A model generated the notes under the pieces. The model ran no database searches. It was not told where the DNA came from and saw only the letters and a list, made by a program, of their open reading frames with translations. Positions 1 through 9,615 of a stretch of 64,000 nt of DNA are shown here, one piece after another. Origin of the DNA: Candidatus Peribacteria bacterium (GTDB lineage: Bacteria; Patescibacteriota; Gracilibacteria; UBA1369; UBA12463); the NCBI GenBank assembly GCA_943354965.1, contig CALRDN010000004.1, forward strand, positions 13,121 through 77,120, in the 5' to 3' direction. Numbering within the stretch: position 1 is the stretch's first letter; every line of letters starts with the position of its first letter. A program made the translations under genes and the position numbers.

Positions 1-726
1 ACTCTGCGGATCGACGCTCTGAACAATAATTCTCGGAACCATGAATGACTCATACAAGCCAATTCCCAAGCCCTTATCGTCAAACTTTTGTTTTGGAATA
101 TTCAATTGTATCAATGAATCACCACGTCGAAGTTTCAGCGATAATCCAAGATCCTTTCCACGCTGAACCGATTGTGTGAGAAGTTCCTGAGTAATCACTC
201 CCCTGCTATTGACCTCAACAAGCAAGTCATCTGGTTTGATACCTACGCTCTCCGCCAAACTACCGGATTTAACCTCCTTGATCATATATCCTGTCTTGAT
301 CTGAAGTTGACCGTCTTGAATAGCCGTTAAAATATCCTGCTGATCAATCAAAAGTGGCTTGATACCTACCAAAAATCCAACAAACAAGAGAAATACCGCT
401 AAAAGTATATTAATACAAACACCGGCAGAAACGATCAAAAAACGCTGACGTAGCGTCTTTGATGCGTAACTTCTCGCATTCTTGAGCGCGCCAGGCTCAC
501 TAGGACTCTCCCCGAAAAGTCTCACAAATCCACCAATAGGAAATAAATTGATAGAATACAGTGTCTCGCCAATTTTCTTGCTCCACAAACGAGGAGGAAG
601 ACCAAAACCAAACTCATCGACTCGCACACCGGCCTTCCGTGCAAAATAATAATGTCCAAACTCATGCGCGAGCACGAGGACGGATAATATCGCAATAAAA
701 ACAATAATAGTGAGGAGGATGTGCAT
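1..726 (-). CDS. rseP: RseP-type site-2 zinc metalloprotease (peptidase M50), N-terminal 242 codons; the 3' end lies beyond the window edge
   Basis: My minus-strand translation from ATG 726..724 reads MHILLTIIVFIAILSVLVLAHEFGHYYFARKAGVRVDEFGFGLPPRLWSKKIGETLYSINLFPIGGFVRLFGE. It has the HEFGH zinc motif and the PIGGFV motif. I checked the frame by hand only down to about 481. It is absent from the ORF track, which fits an ORF with no stop inside the window. Confidence 0.85.
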   Translation of the reverse strand, partial: MHILLTIIVFIAILSVLVLAHEFGHYYFARKAGVRVDEFGFGLPPRLWSKKIGETLYSINLFPIGGFVRLFGESPSEPGALKNARSYASKTLRQRFLIVSAGVCINILLAVFLLFVGFLVGIKPLLIDQQDILTAIQDGQLQIKTGYMIKEVKSGSLAESVGIKPDDLLVEVNSRGVITQELLTQSVQRGKDLGLSLKLRRGDSLIQLNIPKQKFDDKGLGIGLYESFMVPRIIVQSVDPQS

Positions 727-767
727 GGGAGTGAGGTAGAGGGGTGAGGGACTTTACAAATGAAATA

Positions 768-1328
768 TTACACGGTCATTATATCTTGTTCCTTCTTTTT
801 TGCTATGCTATCTATCTCATTATTGGCGTGGTCTACGAATCCCTGGAGCTCCTTTGTAGCGCCAAAATATTCATCCTCGGAGATCTCACTGTCTTTCTTC
901 ATAGCGTTAAGAGTGTTGTTCACGTCTTGTCGTATATTGCGAACCGCGATCTTCCCATCTTCAGCATATCGACCAACAACCTTGACCAACTCCTTTCGTC
1001 GCTCCTCGGTAAGTGGCGGAATATTAATACGGATGACAATACCATCATTATTTGGCATAAGTCCGATATTTGCCATTTGAATTCCCTTCTCGATAGCCGT
1101 GAGTAATGCCCTGTCCCATGGCTGAATCTGAATCGTTTTCGCATCAGGAACCGACACACTGGCAACGCTCTTCAATGGCTGCAAAGAGCCATAAGCATCG
1201 ACTCGGACCTCTTCGACGAGAGCAGGGCTAGCTCTACCGACCTGCAAACGAGAAAATTCATCTTTGAGGTGAGAAATTGCCTTGAGCATGAGATCATGAG
1301 CGCCATGAATAATTTCCTGTGAAGTCAT
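768..1328 (-). CDS. frr: ribosome recycling factor
   Basis: 186 aa. Full-length RRF pattern (LQVGRASPALVEEVRVDAYG, IQPWD, NIPPLTEERRKELVK). Sits in pyrH-frr synteny. Confidence 0.95.
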   Translation of the reverse strand: MTSQEIIHGAHDLMLKAISHLKDEFSRLQVGRASPALVEEVRVDAYGSLQPLKSVASVSVPDAKTIQIQPWDRALLTAIEKGIQMANIGLMPNNDGIVIRINIPPLTEERRKELVKVVGRYAEDGKIAVRNIRQDVNNTLNAMKKDSEISEDEYFGATKELQGFVDHANNEIDSIAKKKEQDIMTV

Positions 1329-1370
1329 AAAAATAAGTAGTAAAAAGGTAAAAGGTACAAAAAATGAATA

Positions 1371-2093
1371 CTATGAGATAGTCGTTCCCACCTGCTCTCC
1401 ACGAACAACCTTCATAAGGTTCTCATCCTTTTGCATATTGAAAACAATAATAGGAAGCTTGTTATCCATGCAAAGTGAAACAGCCGTAAGATCCATAACT
1501 TCCAAGCCAAGCTCCAATACCTGCTGATACGAAACATCCTTGAACTTCTTGGCATCTTCGTGCTTTTTCGGATCCTTGTCGCAAACATAATCAACCTTCG
1601 TCGCTTTCAAGAAAACATGGCACTGTAACTCAAGAGCACGCAACGCAGCCGCAGAGTCAGTAGTGAAATATGGACTTCCCGTCCCACCCGCACACAAAAC
1701 AACATCATGGGTAGCAAAAGCCTCTCTCGCTTTTTGCGGAGTATAGGCATCCAAAACAGATGGCATAGGCAGGGCGGAAAAAGCCTTTGCACTCACTCCG
1801 AGTGATTTCAGTTTTTCCTGCATGGCAACCGCATTCATGACCGTAGCAATCATTCCCATGCTATCGGAAATAGTCCTATCCAGAGCAAGCTCCTTCTGAT
1901 CACGAAATCTCCAAAAGTTCCCTCCTCCAACAACAAGTGCCACCTGCACACCACTAACCGTCACCTCCTGAATACTTTTACATAAATGCTCTATTGTCGC
2001 TCCATCAATGCCGAACTGCTGCTGCCCTGCAAGCACCTCTCCTGAGAGTTTCAACATGATGCGATGATACGGAACCGATTTCTTATTACTCAT
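1371..2093 (-). CDS. pyrH: UMP kinase
   Basis: 240 aa with MLKLSGEVL, VVGGGNFWR and LCAGGTGSPYFTTDSAAALRA motifs. Lies upstream of frr. Confidence 0.95.
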   Translation of the reverse strand: MSNKKSVPYHRIMLKLSGEVLAGQQQFGIDGATIEHLCKSIQEVTVSGVQVALVVGGGNFWRFRDQKELALDRTISDSMGMIATVMNAVAMQEKLKSLGVSAKAFSALPMPSVLDAYTPQKAREAFATHDVVLCAGGTGSPYFTTDSAAALRALELQCHVFLKATKVDYVCDKDPKKHEDAKKFKDVSYQQVLELGLEVMDLTAVSLCMDNKLPIIVFNMQKDENLMKVVRGEQVGTTIS

Positions 2094-2094
2094 A

Positions 2095-2505
2095 CTAAAA
2101 AAGTTTAAACATTACAAGTGCCACAATCAAACCAATCAAAACACCAACACCAATCATCATAGACTGTTTTTTGGAATCATCAGTATCTTCATGGGCAGAA
2201 GCCAAATCCATAAGCAAATTCGAGTTCATAACAATGTCTTCCTCTGCATGGTTCTTCAAAACCTCCTCAAAGTTATGGGTCGCCACTAATTGAACAAACT
2301 TATCAAATCGAACCTTCACTAAATCCCCCGGCTCACGGTCCTCGGCGGGAGCGCTCACAATACCCTCTTCAATCGTATCATCTTCGCTGATTTCACTGAC
2401 CTGAAAACCAATATCTCCACTCGGAACCTCTACGTCGCGAATCTGCCTGCCTGTTTTTTTACCATTTCGATTCAAGCTATTCTCATCAATTCGAATTTCG
2501 CGCAT
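2095..2505 (-). CDS. hypothetical acidic protein with a single C-terminal TM helix (tail-anchored)
   Basis: 136-aa ORF. C-terminus is MMIGVGVLIGLIVALVMFKLF. Its stop is 1 nt from the pyrH start. No recognisable domain. Confidence 0.6.
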   Translation of the reverse strand: MREIRIDENSLNRNGKKTGRQIRDVEVPSGDIGFQVSEISEDDTIEEGIVSAPAEDREPGDLVKVRFDKFVQLVATHNFEEVLKNHAEEDIVMNSNLLMDLASAHEDTDDSKKQSMMIGVGVLIGLIVALVMFKLF

Positions 2506-2628
2506 AAAAATGAGGGTTTAATACAAATACCAAATACGAACGTACGATACCAAAACGCGCCAAAAAGAGCAAAAAAATAAGCCACTGATATTTGTAGTAT
2601 CAATGACTCATTCTGATATTTTCGATAA

Positions 2629-3918
2629 TTACTCTACGAACGTGAGAGCAATACCCGTCTTGTTTGCACGACCGGTACGACCGATTCGGTGTACGTAGTC
2701 TTCATATGTCTGAGGAATATCAAAGTTGATAACATGTGAAACATTTGGAATATCGATACCTCGAGCAGCTACGTCGGTAGCAACGAGAATTTTAATCTTC
2801 TCTGCCTTGAAATCATTGAGAGCCTGCTGACGCTTGGATTGAGGCTTGTCTCCATGGATGGATGCAACCTTGTGACCTAATTTTGCGAGCATGACACATA
2901 ATTTTTCAACACCATGCTTGGTACGTCCGAAAATCAATACCTTTCCAAATTCAGGCTTCATCAAAAGCTCATGGAGAACCTCGAGCTTCTTCTCTTTGTT
3001 TGGAACACGGATAATATCCTGATCAACACTTGCGGCTGTATCACCTGACTTAACCGAGATAGAGATATGTTCAGCTCGTAAGAATGTTCGGATCAAAACC
3101 TCAATCTCCTTCGAAATCGTTGCAGAGAAGAAAAGTGAGTGACGCTCTTTCGGCATCAAGCCAATCAAGAATCGGATATCAGCGATAAAGCCCATGTCGA
3201 CCATACGATCCGCCTCGTCCAAGATAATATTTTGGAACTGAGAAAGGTCGATACATCGTTGTTCAATCAAATCTCTCAAACGACCAGGCGTACCAATAAC
3301 AAAGTTCGGATTGTATCGAAGATCACGTTTCTGAAGTCCCATACTTGCGCCTCCAATACAGAGTGCTGCACGTAAACCAGATCGATCAGCAAACGTATGG
3401 AACTCATCCAAAATCTGCTGTCCAAGCTCACGAGTAGGAACGACGATAAGTGCACGTTCGTTCTTGTTATGAAAAACCTTATTAATAAGAGGAATCAAAA
3501 ATGCCGCCGTCTTGCCAGTGCCCGTATTGGCGATACCTACGACGTCCTTACCCTGTAAGATATGAGGAATAGCCTGATCCTGAATAGGAGTCGTAGACTC
3601 AAATCCTTTTTTCACGATATTCTCCTTAAGCTTAGGATGGATATCGAAGTCGGCGAACTTATTCTTGGAAATATATGCCGCCTCAGCCACAACGGGCTTA
3701 GCTTTATTAACAAATCGGTTAATATCGATTCGTGGACCGCCTTTAGAGAATCGGCTAGGTGAACGTCCACCAAAACCTCCGCTACGTCCTCCACCGCGAC
3801 TAAAACCTCCACGGCTACCGCCTGCGCGGCCTCCTGGGGCTCGACTACCACTACTTGCACCGCCAAATGATGTGCGTCCTGTGCTTGCTGAACTTGAACT
3901 GACTCTTTTTCTGAACAT
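2629..3918 (-). CDS. DEAD-box ATP-dependent RNA helicase with an N-terminal Arg/Gly/Ser-rich low-complexity region
   Basis: 429 aa with Q-motif region, NTGTGKTAAF (Walker A), LDEADRM (DEAD), FSATIS (SAT) and HRIGRTGR. The first ~60 aa are GGRAGGSRGGFSRGGGRSGGFGGR. Confidence 0.9.
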   Translation of the reverse strand: MFRKRVSSSSASTGRTSFGGASSGSRAPGGRAGGSRGGFSRGGGRSGGFGGRSPSRFSKGGPRIDINRFVNKAKPVVAEAAYISKNKFADFDIHPKLKENIVKKGFESTTPIQDQAIPHILQGKDVVGIANTGTGKTAAFLIPLINKVFHNKNERALIVVPTRELGQQILDEFHTFADRSGLRAALCIGGASMGLQKRDLRYNPNFVIGTPGRLRDLIEQRCIDLSQFQNIILDEADRMVDMGFIADIRFLIGLMPKERHSLFFSATISKEIEVLIRTFLRAEHISISVKSGDTAASVDQDIIRVPNKEKKLEVLHELLMKPEFGKVLIFGRTKHGVEKLCVMLAKLGHKVASIHGDKPQSKRQQALNDFKAEKIKILVATDVAARGIDIPNVSHVINFDIPQTYEDYVHRIGRTGRANKTGIALTFVE

Positions 3919-3968
3919 GTAATACTTTTTTTTAAGGACTTGTAATCTATCCTATAAATATACATGTG

Positions 3969-5087
3969 TCAAGTATCAATACCTACCGCCTGGGACACGT
4001 GGGTAAAACCATCTTTTTTGAGAAGCTGAACAAGGCCGAGCTGAATCTCGCTCATAAGTTGCGGTCCTTGGTAGATCATACCAGTGATAAGTTCAAGTAA
4101 ATTCGCCCCAAGACGAATCTTTCGATATGCATCCTCTGCTGAAAAAATACCCCCTACGCCAATAATAAGGAATCTACCCTGCGAACGGCGATATACATAG
4201 GCTATCTGCTCATCCGTAAGTGGCTCTACCACCTTGCCACTAATACCACCGACTCCCGGAACAAAATCTTTCGGATTAATTGTCGCCAAGTCACGTCTCT
4301 TGCTTAAATTAGTACAAACAAAGCCGTCTACATGGTGCTGAGAAGCAATATCAAGAATCTTATCAAGCTGCTCACGGGTAAGATCCGGGGAGATTTTGAT
4401 AAAAATTGGCTTCTCGGTAGGTACAGCATCGAGCGCTATCAACAATCGATTCAAATTCTCCGGCTCATGAAATGGCTGACCGCTGGTAACGTTCGGACAA
4501 CTGATATTGATAGTGAAAAAAGAAGCGATATCCAAGAACTTCTTGAATGTCTCTACGTAATCAGCAATACCAATTGCCACATCATTCGTCTCCCTGCAGT
4601 TCGTCTTGGCAATATTAATCGAAACGGGGATATCAAAAATCTGGCGGTCCAGCTTCCGCGAGATAGCCTCAGCACCTATATTCTTTAGGCCGTAATTGAT
4701 GACCAGAGCGCGCGAGGCGGGCATTCTCCATAAATGCTTGCCAGGATTACCCTCATACGCCCGCGCCGTCACCGACCCTACCTCCATAAATCCAAACCCA
4801 ACCTCAGGCATAATCCGAGTAGTAACCGCATTCTTATCAAATCCCCCACTCAATCCAATGGGATTCTCAAAAACAACATTCATAAATACTTGGCGCAACA
4901 TCGGATCGTTCGGCGAAGCAAATAAGAGAGATGTAATAAATCTGGTCAGGCGAAATGAGCCTAAAACCGTCCCGAATCGTATCATTCCCTCATGCACCCT
5001 CTCCGGATCAAATATGAAGAATATCGGCTTCAAAAGAGTCCGATACAACCACCCTAATACCATATTTCTAGCTTCAATCGTTCTCAT
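3969..5087 (-). CDS. pyrD: dihydroorotate dehydrogenase, class 2 (quinone-type)
   Basis: 372 aa. N-terminal hydrophobic extension plus LSGGFDKN, NISCPNV and IIGVGGIFSAEDAYRKIRLGA motifs. Confidence 0.9.
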   Translation of the reverse strand: MRTIEARNMVLGWLYRTLLKPIFFIFDPERVHEGMIRFGTVLGSFRLTRFITSLLFASPNDPMLRQVFMNVVFENPIGLSGGFDKNAVTTRIMPEVGFGFMEVGSVTARAYEGNPGKHLWRMPASRALVINYGLKNIGAEAISRKLDRQIFDIPVSINIAKTNCRETNDVAIGIADYVETFKKFLDIASFFTINISCPNVTSGQPFHEPENLNRLLIALDAVPTEKPIFIKISPDLTREQLDKILDIASQHHVDGFVCTNLSKRRDLATINPKDFVPGVGGISGKVVEPLTDEQIAYVYRRSQGRFLIIGVGGIFSAEDAYRKIRLGANLLELITGMIYQGPQLMSEIQLGLVQLLKKDGFTHVSQAVGIDT

Positions 5088-5138
5088 AGCCCAAGTATAG
5101 CCCTATCGAACTGGTGTTTAAAGCAAAAATATGATATA

Positions 5139-6650
5139 ATGACAAGAAGATTTTCTATTAAAAATCACATGGCAGATTTACCTATTCCGGAAGCAAAACC
5201 AGAGAAAAAAACAGCGCAGGAAATACTTGACCTACAGGCCCTCAAAAAGGGGGTCGACAAGGTAAAAGCTCGTAAAAAATATACCGACAGGCACGGTGCT
5301 GATTCATTAAAAACAGAGGTAAACACCAAAAAAGAACAAGAAGAGTTGCGAGCAAAAATAGAAGCAGAAATGGACGAGGAACTCGCCAGAAAAGATCTGA
5401 ACGGAGACCCCGTTGTAGAAAATTTGAAGGTAAAGTCAAAAGTCGAAACGGAGATAAAAAAACTCAAAGGAGTTGAAAAAGTCATTAGCCAAATTGACAC
5501 ATTGAATGACATCAGAAATCTCGACGCCAAGACACTTATTGAACTGGAAAATAAGTATCCGGGGATTTTGATGTACTCCTTCACTGATCGGGCTGATGAG
5601 GTAGCAAAAAAGAATTACGAAAAAATAGATCTCGCACAGTGGACGGATTATACAAATCCAAAACCGGGAAAAAAACTCAAGATAAACTTCCACGGAAATC
5701 CCTACGCCGAAAATGAAATTGGTGCAGCGGATCTCCTCCCTCCGACCATCAGAAAAGTAACAGCCTATACAGAAAACGATCCAAGCAACAAACGCACAAG
5801 CGAGAGACGTATTGGAATGAAAGGAGAGAATAAAAAAGGAAGAGGCTTCTTTGACCAAGAGGGTTATATCGCCATATATAGCGAAGATATCGTCATTATC
5901 GGTGGAGAAAAAGAACCGGAAAAAGGAGTAGAAATGGATTTTATGAAAAAGTACCTAGAAAAATCAAATACTCCAAAAAGCGATAATCCGGAGGAACAAC
6001 ACGCTGCGGCAGAAAAACAATATGCCATCGAGCAGGAAAAGGGAGACGCAGAATGGCTCGCCATGCTAGAGAAAAAAAATCCACACTACCAAAAACAGAA
6101 AAAAATGTCAGATGAAGACATATCTGCCCTAGTAGGAAATATCGAATCAACCGGCACAGGGAAAAAAGTCGTAGAAACCATCGTAGCATCTATCAAGTCG
6201 GGATACCGAACACCGCCATTCGACAAGCGCCCAGGTGGAGTAAAGGGTTGCTGTTTCTATTGGGTCGACCACATCTACAAAGAAGCCGGAGTAAAAAGAA
6301 AAATGGTATACAACAGCTTAAATCAATATCAAGGACAGGATTGCGGTGATAAACACGCCGACAAGTTTATGTTAGATCAAATCAAACCTGGAGATCATAT
6401 TTTCTACAATCAGGAACGTCACTACGTTCAAGAGCATAAGGTGAACAAAAAAGGTAAACCATTGCATGCCGTCGATGAAAATGGAAATCACAGTGCCGTC
6501 TTTATCGGCTGGATTGGACCGCAAGAAAATCACCAAGCTCAAATGGCGAGCGCCTCAGCAGGCACGCTCGGAAGATTTCATTCAGATCCGGTAGATTTCA
6601 ATAAAATGCCGGTGACGAGAATATACAAACCCGTGCCAAAAAGAGGATAG
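5139..6650 (+). CDS. hypothetical Lys/Glu-rich protein with a C-terminal NlpC/P60-like (papain-fold Cys/His) region
   Basis: 503-aa ORF. The N-terminal ~330 aa are K/E-rich with no obvious signal peptide. The C-terminus has GCCFYWVDHIYKEAGV ... KPGDHIFY ... NHSAVFIGW, which resembles the Cys...His arrangement of NlpC/P60 amidases. An alternative ATG is at 5169. Confidence 0.65.
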   Translation: MTRRFSIKNHMADLPIPEAKPEKKTAQEILDLQALKKGVDKVKARKKYTDRHGADSLKTEVNTKKEQEELRAKIEAEMDEELARKDLNGDPVVENLKVKSKVETEIKKLKGVEKVISQIDTLNDIRNLDAKTLIELENKYPGILMYSFTDRADEVAKKNYEKIDLAQWTDYTNPKPGKKLKINFHGNPYAENEIGAADLLPPTIRKVTAYTENDPSNKRTSERRIGMKGENKKGRGFFDQEGYIAIYSEDIVIIGGEKEPEKGVEMDFMKKYLEKSNTPKSDNPEEQHAAAEKQYAIEQEKGDAEWLAMLEKKNPHYQKQKKMSDEDISALVGNIESTGTGKKVVETIVASIKSGYRTPPFDKRPGGVKGCCFYWVDHIYKEAGVKRKMVYNSLNQYQGQDCGDKHADKFMLDQIKPGDHIFYNQERHYVQEHKVNKKGKPLHAVDENGNHSAVFIGWIGPQENHQAQMASASAGTLGRFHSDPVDFNKMPVTRIYKPVPKRG

Positions 6651-6720
6651 ATCACGGACATACCACTGAATTAAGGAGGAATAGAATTCAAATAAGATTT
6701 GGAAAATTTCACAAATAGAC

Positions 6721-6771
6721 TTGCAAAATAATGATATTTTCTCTATCCTAAACGCAACTATATTGCGTTTA
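6721..6771 (+). promoter_or_regulatory. sigma70-like promoter (TTGCAA-17-TATCCT) followed directly by a 9+9 bp inverted repeat, a candidate metal-regulator operator
   Basis: -35 TTGCAA at 6721..6726, 17-nt spacer, -10 TATCCT at 6744..6749. TAAACGCAA-ctata-TTGCGTTTA at 6749..6771 has perfect 9-bp arms. It lies 9 nt upstream of the ZnuA-like start. Confidence 0.5.
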
Positions 6772-6779
6772 AAAATTAT

Positions 6780-7676
6780 ATGTACAAAACTATATCACTT
6801 ATTGCACTCATCTCGGCTATAACACTCGCCGGCTGTAGCAGCCAGGAACAGGTAATAAATTCAAATGCGAATCAATCACTAAAGATAGTAACGAGCTTCT
6901 ACCCTCTCTACGAAATTGCACATCAAATTACAGGAGATCTGGCCACAATCAAAAACATCGTACCGGGAGGGACAGAGCCACACGACTATGAACCAACGGC
7001 AAGAGATATTATCGACATGAGAGAGGCAAACCTCGTCATCTATAACGGGCTGGGGCTGGAACCATGGAAAGATAAAATCATCCCTGACCTTCAAAAAAAC
7101 AACACACAGGTGATACAAATATCCGACCTCTTCAAAAGCACCATCATTGCAAATGACCCGCACCTATGGCTGGATCCCGTACATTACAAAACGGAAGTAG
7201 AAGAAGTAAGTAAAAAAATTATTGAGATGGATCCCCCGCACGCTGATATTTACAAGGCAAACACAGAAAAATTCGTACGGGAGTTGGACGCCCTACATCT
7301 CACCTTCGAAAGTGCTCTCAAAAGCTGCAAATTCGATACATTTATTACAAATCATGGAGCATTCGCATACTTGGCCAAACGATATCACCTCAATATAATT
7401 CCAATTGCGGGACTATCCCCTGACATAGAACCTTCACCAAAAACGATGGCAAACATTACAAATATCATTACACAAAAAGGCATACGGTATATCTTGACCG
7501 AGACACTCGTCAGTCAAAAAATTGCTAATACGTTAGCGAAATCAAGTGGAGCCAAAACCCTTACACTCAACCCACTTGAAGGATTAACCAATGAGGAAAT
7601 CTCAGCTGGGAAAAATTATATCAGTGTCATGAAAGACAACCTGCCAAATCTACGGACCGCACTTGAGTGTACGTAG
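6780..7676 (+). CDS. metal (Zn/Mn-type) ABC transporter substrate-binding lipoprotein, ZnuA/TroA family
   Basis: 298 aa. Lipobox LAGCSS. Family pattern VTSFYPLYE, EPHDYEPT, DPHLWLDP. No cognate permease or ATPase gene is adjacent. Confidence 0.85.
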   Translation: MYKTISLIALISAITLAGCSSQEQVINSNANQSLKIVTSFYPLYEIAHQITGDLATIKNIVPGGTEPHDYEPTARDIIDMREANLVIYNGLGLEPWKDKIIPDLQKNNTQVIQISDLFKSTIIANDPHLWLDPVHYKTEVEEVSKKIIEMDPPHADIYKANTEKFVRELDALHLTFESALKSCKFDTFITNHGAFAYLAKRYHLNIIPIAGLSPDIEPSPKTMANITNIITQKGIRYILTETLVSQKIANTLAKSSGAKTLTLNPLEGLTNEEISAGKNYISVMKDNLPNLRTALECT

Positions 7677-7771
7677 AAAAAAATAGTCGTAAAAGGGTAG
7701 TAAAAAGCATTATTTGTGGTATACTCCGCAGGCTTTCCTTTCAAAGATACCTAATTTACAAAGCTACACCC

Positions 7772-9274
7772 ATGGAACACGGCAACGTAATAATCAGATT
7801 TGACCGAGTATCATACTCATATGACAACGAAAAAGTAATCCTCGACGAGTCGAGCTTTTCGGTAAGAGAAAATTCAAAAATAACGATCATGGGACAAAAT
7901 GGAGCGGGAAAAAGTACGATCTTCAAACTCCTTCTGGGAGCAGACGGCACAAAAAATGATGAAGGTGAGGTCGAAACTCTCAAGCCTAACAGAGGAAAAG
8001 TTCACATCACCAACAATGCTACTATTGCTATAGGTCTTCAGGTGATGCCAAGAAAGTTCTTCGAACTAACTATTCTTCAGTATTTCGCTACCGCCTTTTC
8101 AGAAAAAAAACATACATTAGAAAAACTCGTAAAAGACGTACTCGAGGTTGTCCACCTCTCGACGCCTTTTGATAAAAAAATTAAAGACTTCTCCGGAGGA
8201 CAGTTAGCACGCCTACTGCTCGCCTATGCGTTGATTCAAGAACCAGATATTCTCCTGCTTGATGAGCCTACGAACAATCTCGACACGGATGGAATTGACC
8301 ATCTGACAGGCTTTCTCATGGGATATGAAAAAACCGTAATTGTCATTTCCCATGATGCAAACTTCCTGAACGCCTTCACGGAAGGTGTATTGAATCTCGA
8401 TATTTATACCAAAAAAGTTGAGCAGTATGTTGGAGATTACTTCGACGTGGTAGAGCAAATCGCTGCGCAGATCGCCCGTGAAGAACGAAAAAACGCACAG
8501 CTGGAAAAAAACATCCAGGATCGCAAAGACAAAGTAAACTTCTTCTCACACAAGGGTGGAAAGATGCGTAAACTCGCCAGCAAACTTCGCGAAGAGGTAG
8601 AAGAAGACGAGGAGAACAAAGTAGAGGTAAAAAAAGACGACAAAACTATTAGACCGTTCATTATTCCCGTACAGGAGCCATGGTCAGACGTGATGGCAAC
8701 GATTAATTCCGTAGGTGTTATTCAAAACGGAGAACGAAAGGAGAAAAAAACAGACATCAAACTCTGGCGCCGTAACCGTCTTCAGATTCTGGGACCGAAT
8801 GGAATTGGAAAAAGCACACTCCTCCGCGAACTCGCGCTCAGCGAATCAAAAGGAGCCGTGATATCCGACGAGCTCCGAGTTGGATACTATCAACAAGACT
8901 TCTCGGGACTCGACTTCGACAAAACCGTCTACGACTCATTGGCCGAGATGATGGATTACCCAAACCCGAAAGAGATTTATTCCGCAGGGGCACACTTCCT
9001 CCTCACATCAGAATTAATGAAAAACAAGGTTGGCTTCCTCTCTGAGGGTCAAAAAGGTCTCCTCTGCTATGCTCGCTTCGTACTTCAAAAACCAGGACTC
9101 CTCATTCTCGACGAGCCCACAAACCACATCAACTTCCGCCACCTCCCAATCATCGCAAAAGCCATTGATGCCTTTGAAGGTGCAATCATCCTCGTCTCAC
9201 ATATGTCCGAGTTCGTTGAACAAATCAACATCACGGATACGTTGGATTTGGGAACTATTTTGAAGAAGAAGTAA
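7772..9274 (+). CDS. ABC-F family ATPase (two nucleotide-binding domains, no membrane domain)
   Basis: Two Walker A (GQNGAGKST, GPNGIGKST), two signatures (FSGGQLARL, LSEGQKGLL), two Walker B (LLLDEPTNNLD, LILDEPTNHIN) and a charged inter-domain linker. I moved the start to ATG 7772 (MEHGNVIIRF); the ORF-track start at 7667 overlaps the upstream gene. Confidence 0.9.
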   Translation: MEHGNVIIRFDRVSYSYDNEKVILDESSFSVRENSKITIMGQNGAGKSTIFKLLLGADGTKNDEGEVETLKPNRGKVHITNNATIAIGLQVMPRKFFELTILQYFATAFSEKKHTLEKLVKDVLEVVHLSTPFDKKIKDFSGGQLARLLLAYALIQEPDILLLDEPTNNLDTDGIDHLTGFLMGYEKTVIVISHDANFLNAFTEGVLNLDIYTKKVEQYVGDYFDVVEQIAAQIAREERKNAQLEKNIQDRKDKVNFFSHKGGKMRKLASKLREEVEEDEENKVEVKKDDKTIRPFIIPVQEPWSDVMATINSVGVIQNGERKEKKTDIKLWRRNRLQILGPNGIGKSTLLRELALSESKGAVISDELRVGYYQQDFSGLDFDKTVYDSLAEMMDYPNPKEIYSAGAHFLLTSELMKNKVGFLSEGQKGLLCYARFVLQKPGLLILDEPTNHINFRHLPIIAKAIDAFEGAIILVSHMSEFVEQINITDTLDLGTILKKK

Positions 9275-9292
9275 AGATAAGAAAATGGAAAC

Positions 9293-9321
9293 AAAAAAAC
9301 TTCTCACCGAGAAGTTTTCCA
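9293..9321. terminator. bidirectional intrinsic terminator hairpin
   Basis: AAACTTCTC-acc-GAGAAGTTT is a perfect 9-bp stem at 9297..9317. An A7 run lies upstream (U7 on the minus strand) and TTTT lies at the 3' side. Confidence 0.6.
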
Positions 9322-9615
9322 CAAAAAAAGCCTTAAGTTCCAAATAGCACGTTCAGCAGCAGATAAGAGGTTAGAGTAAAAATTATTTCATTACTGAAGT
9401 AATCTTCTACATATCAGGTTATCCCGATATGCAATCTGTCTGCAGCTTCTCCTTAAACACTTAGACCCATCTAAGGTAAGTTTACAGTGGCGATATATTT
9501 TTGGGAAAATATATGACCAGGCTTATTTATGCGATCTGAAGCTTAAGGCACAGCCGGCAAGAAAAACTATTTATTACCGCTTGCGCCCTAAGATTCGTTC
9601 CGTATTTCAATGTAC
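9293..9615 (-). ncRNA. candidate structured non-coding RNA of unknown class (about 320 nt)
   Basis: Minus-strand promoter-like TTGCTT (9649..9644), 16-nt spacer, TGg-TATTAT (-10 at 9627..9622). Terminator at 9297..9317 plus U7. No ORF of 60 aa or more on this strand. Several perfect hairpins (9493..9514, 9460..9475, 9410..9431). Confidence 0.3.
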
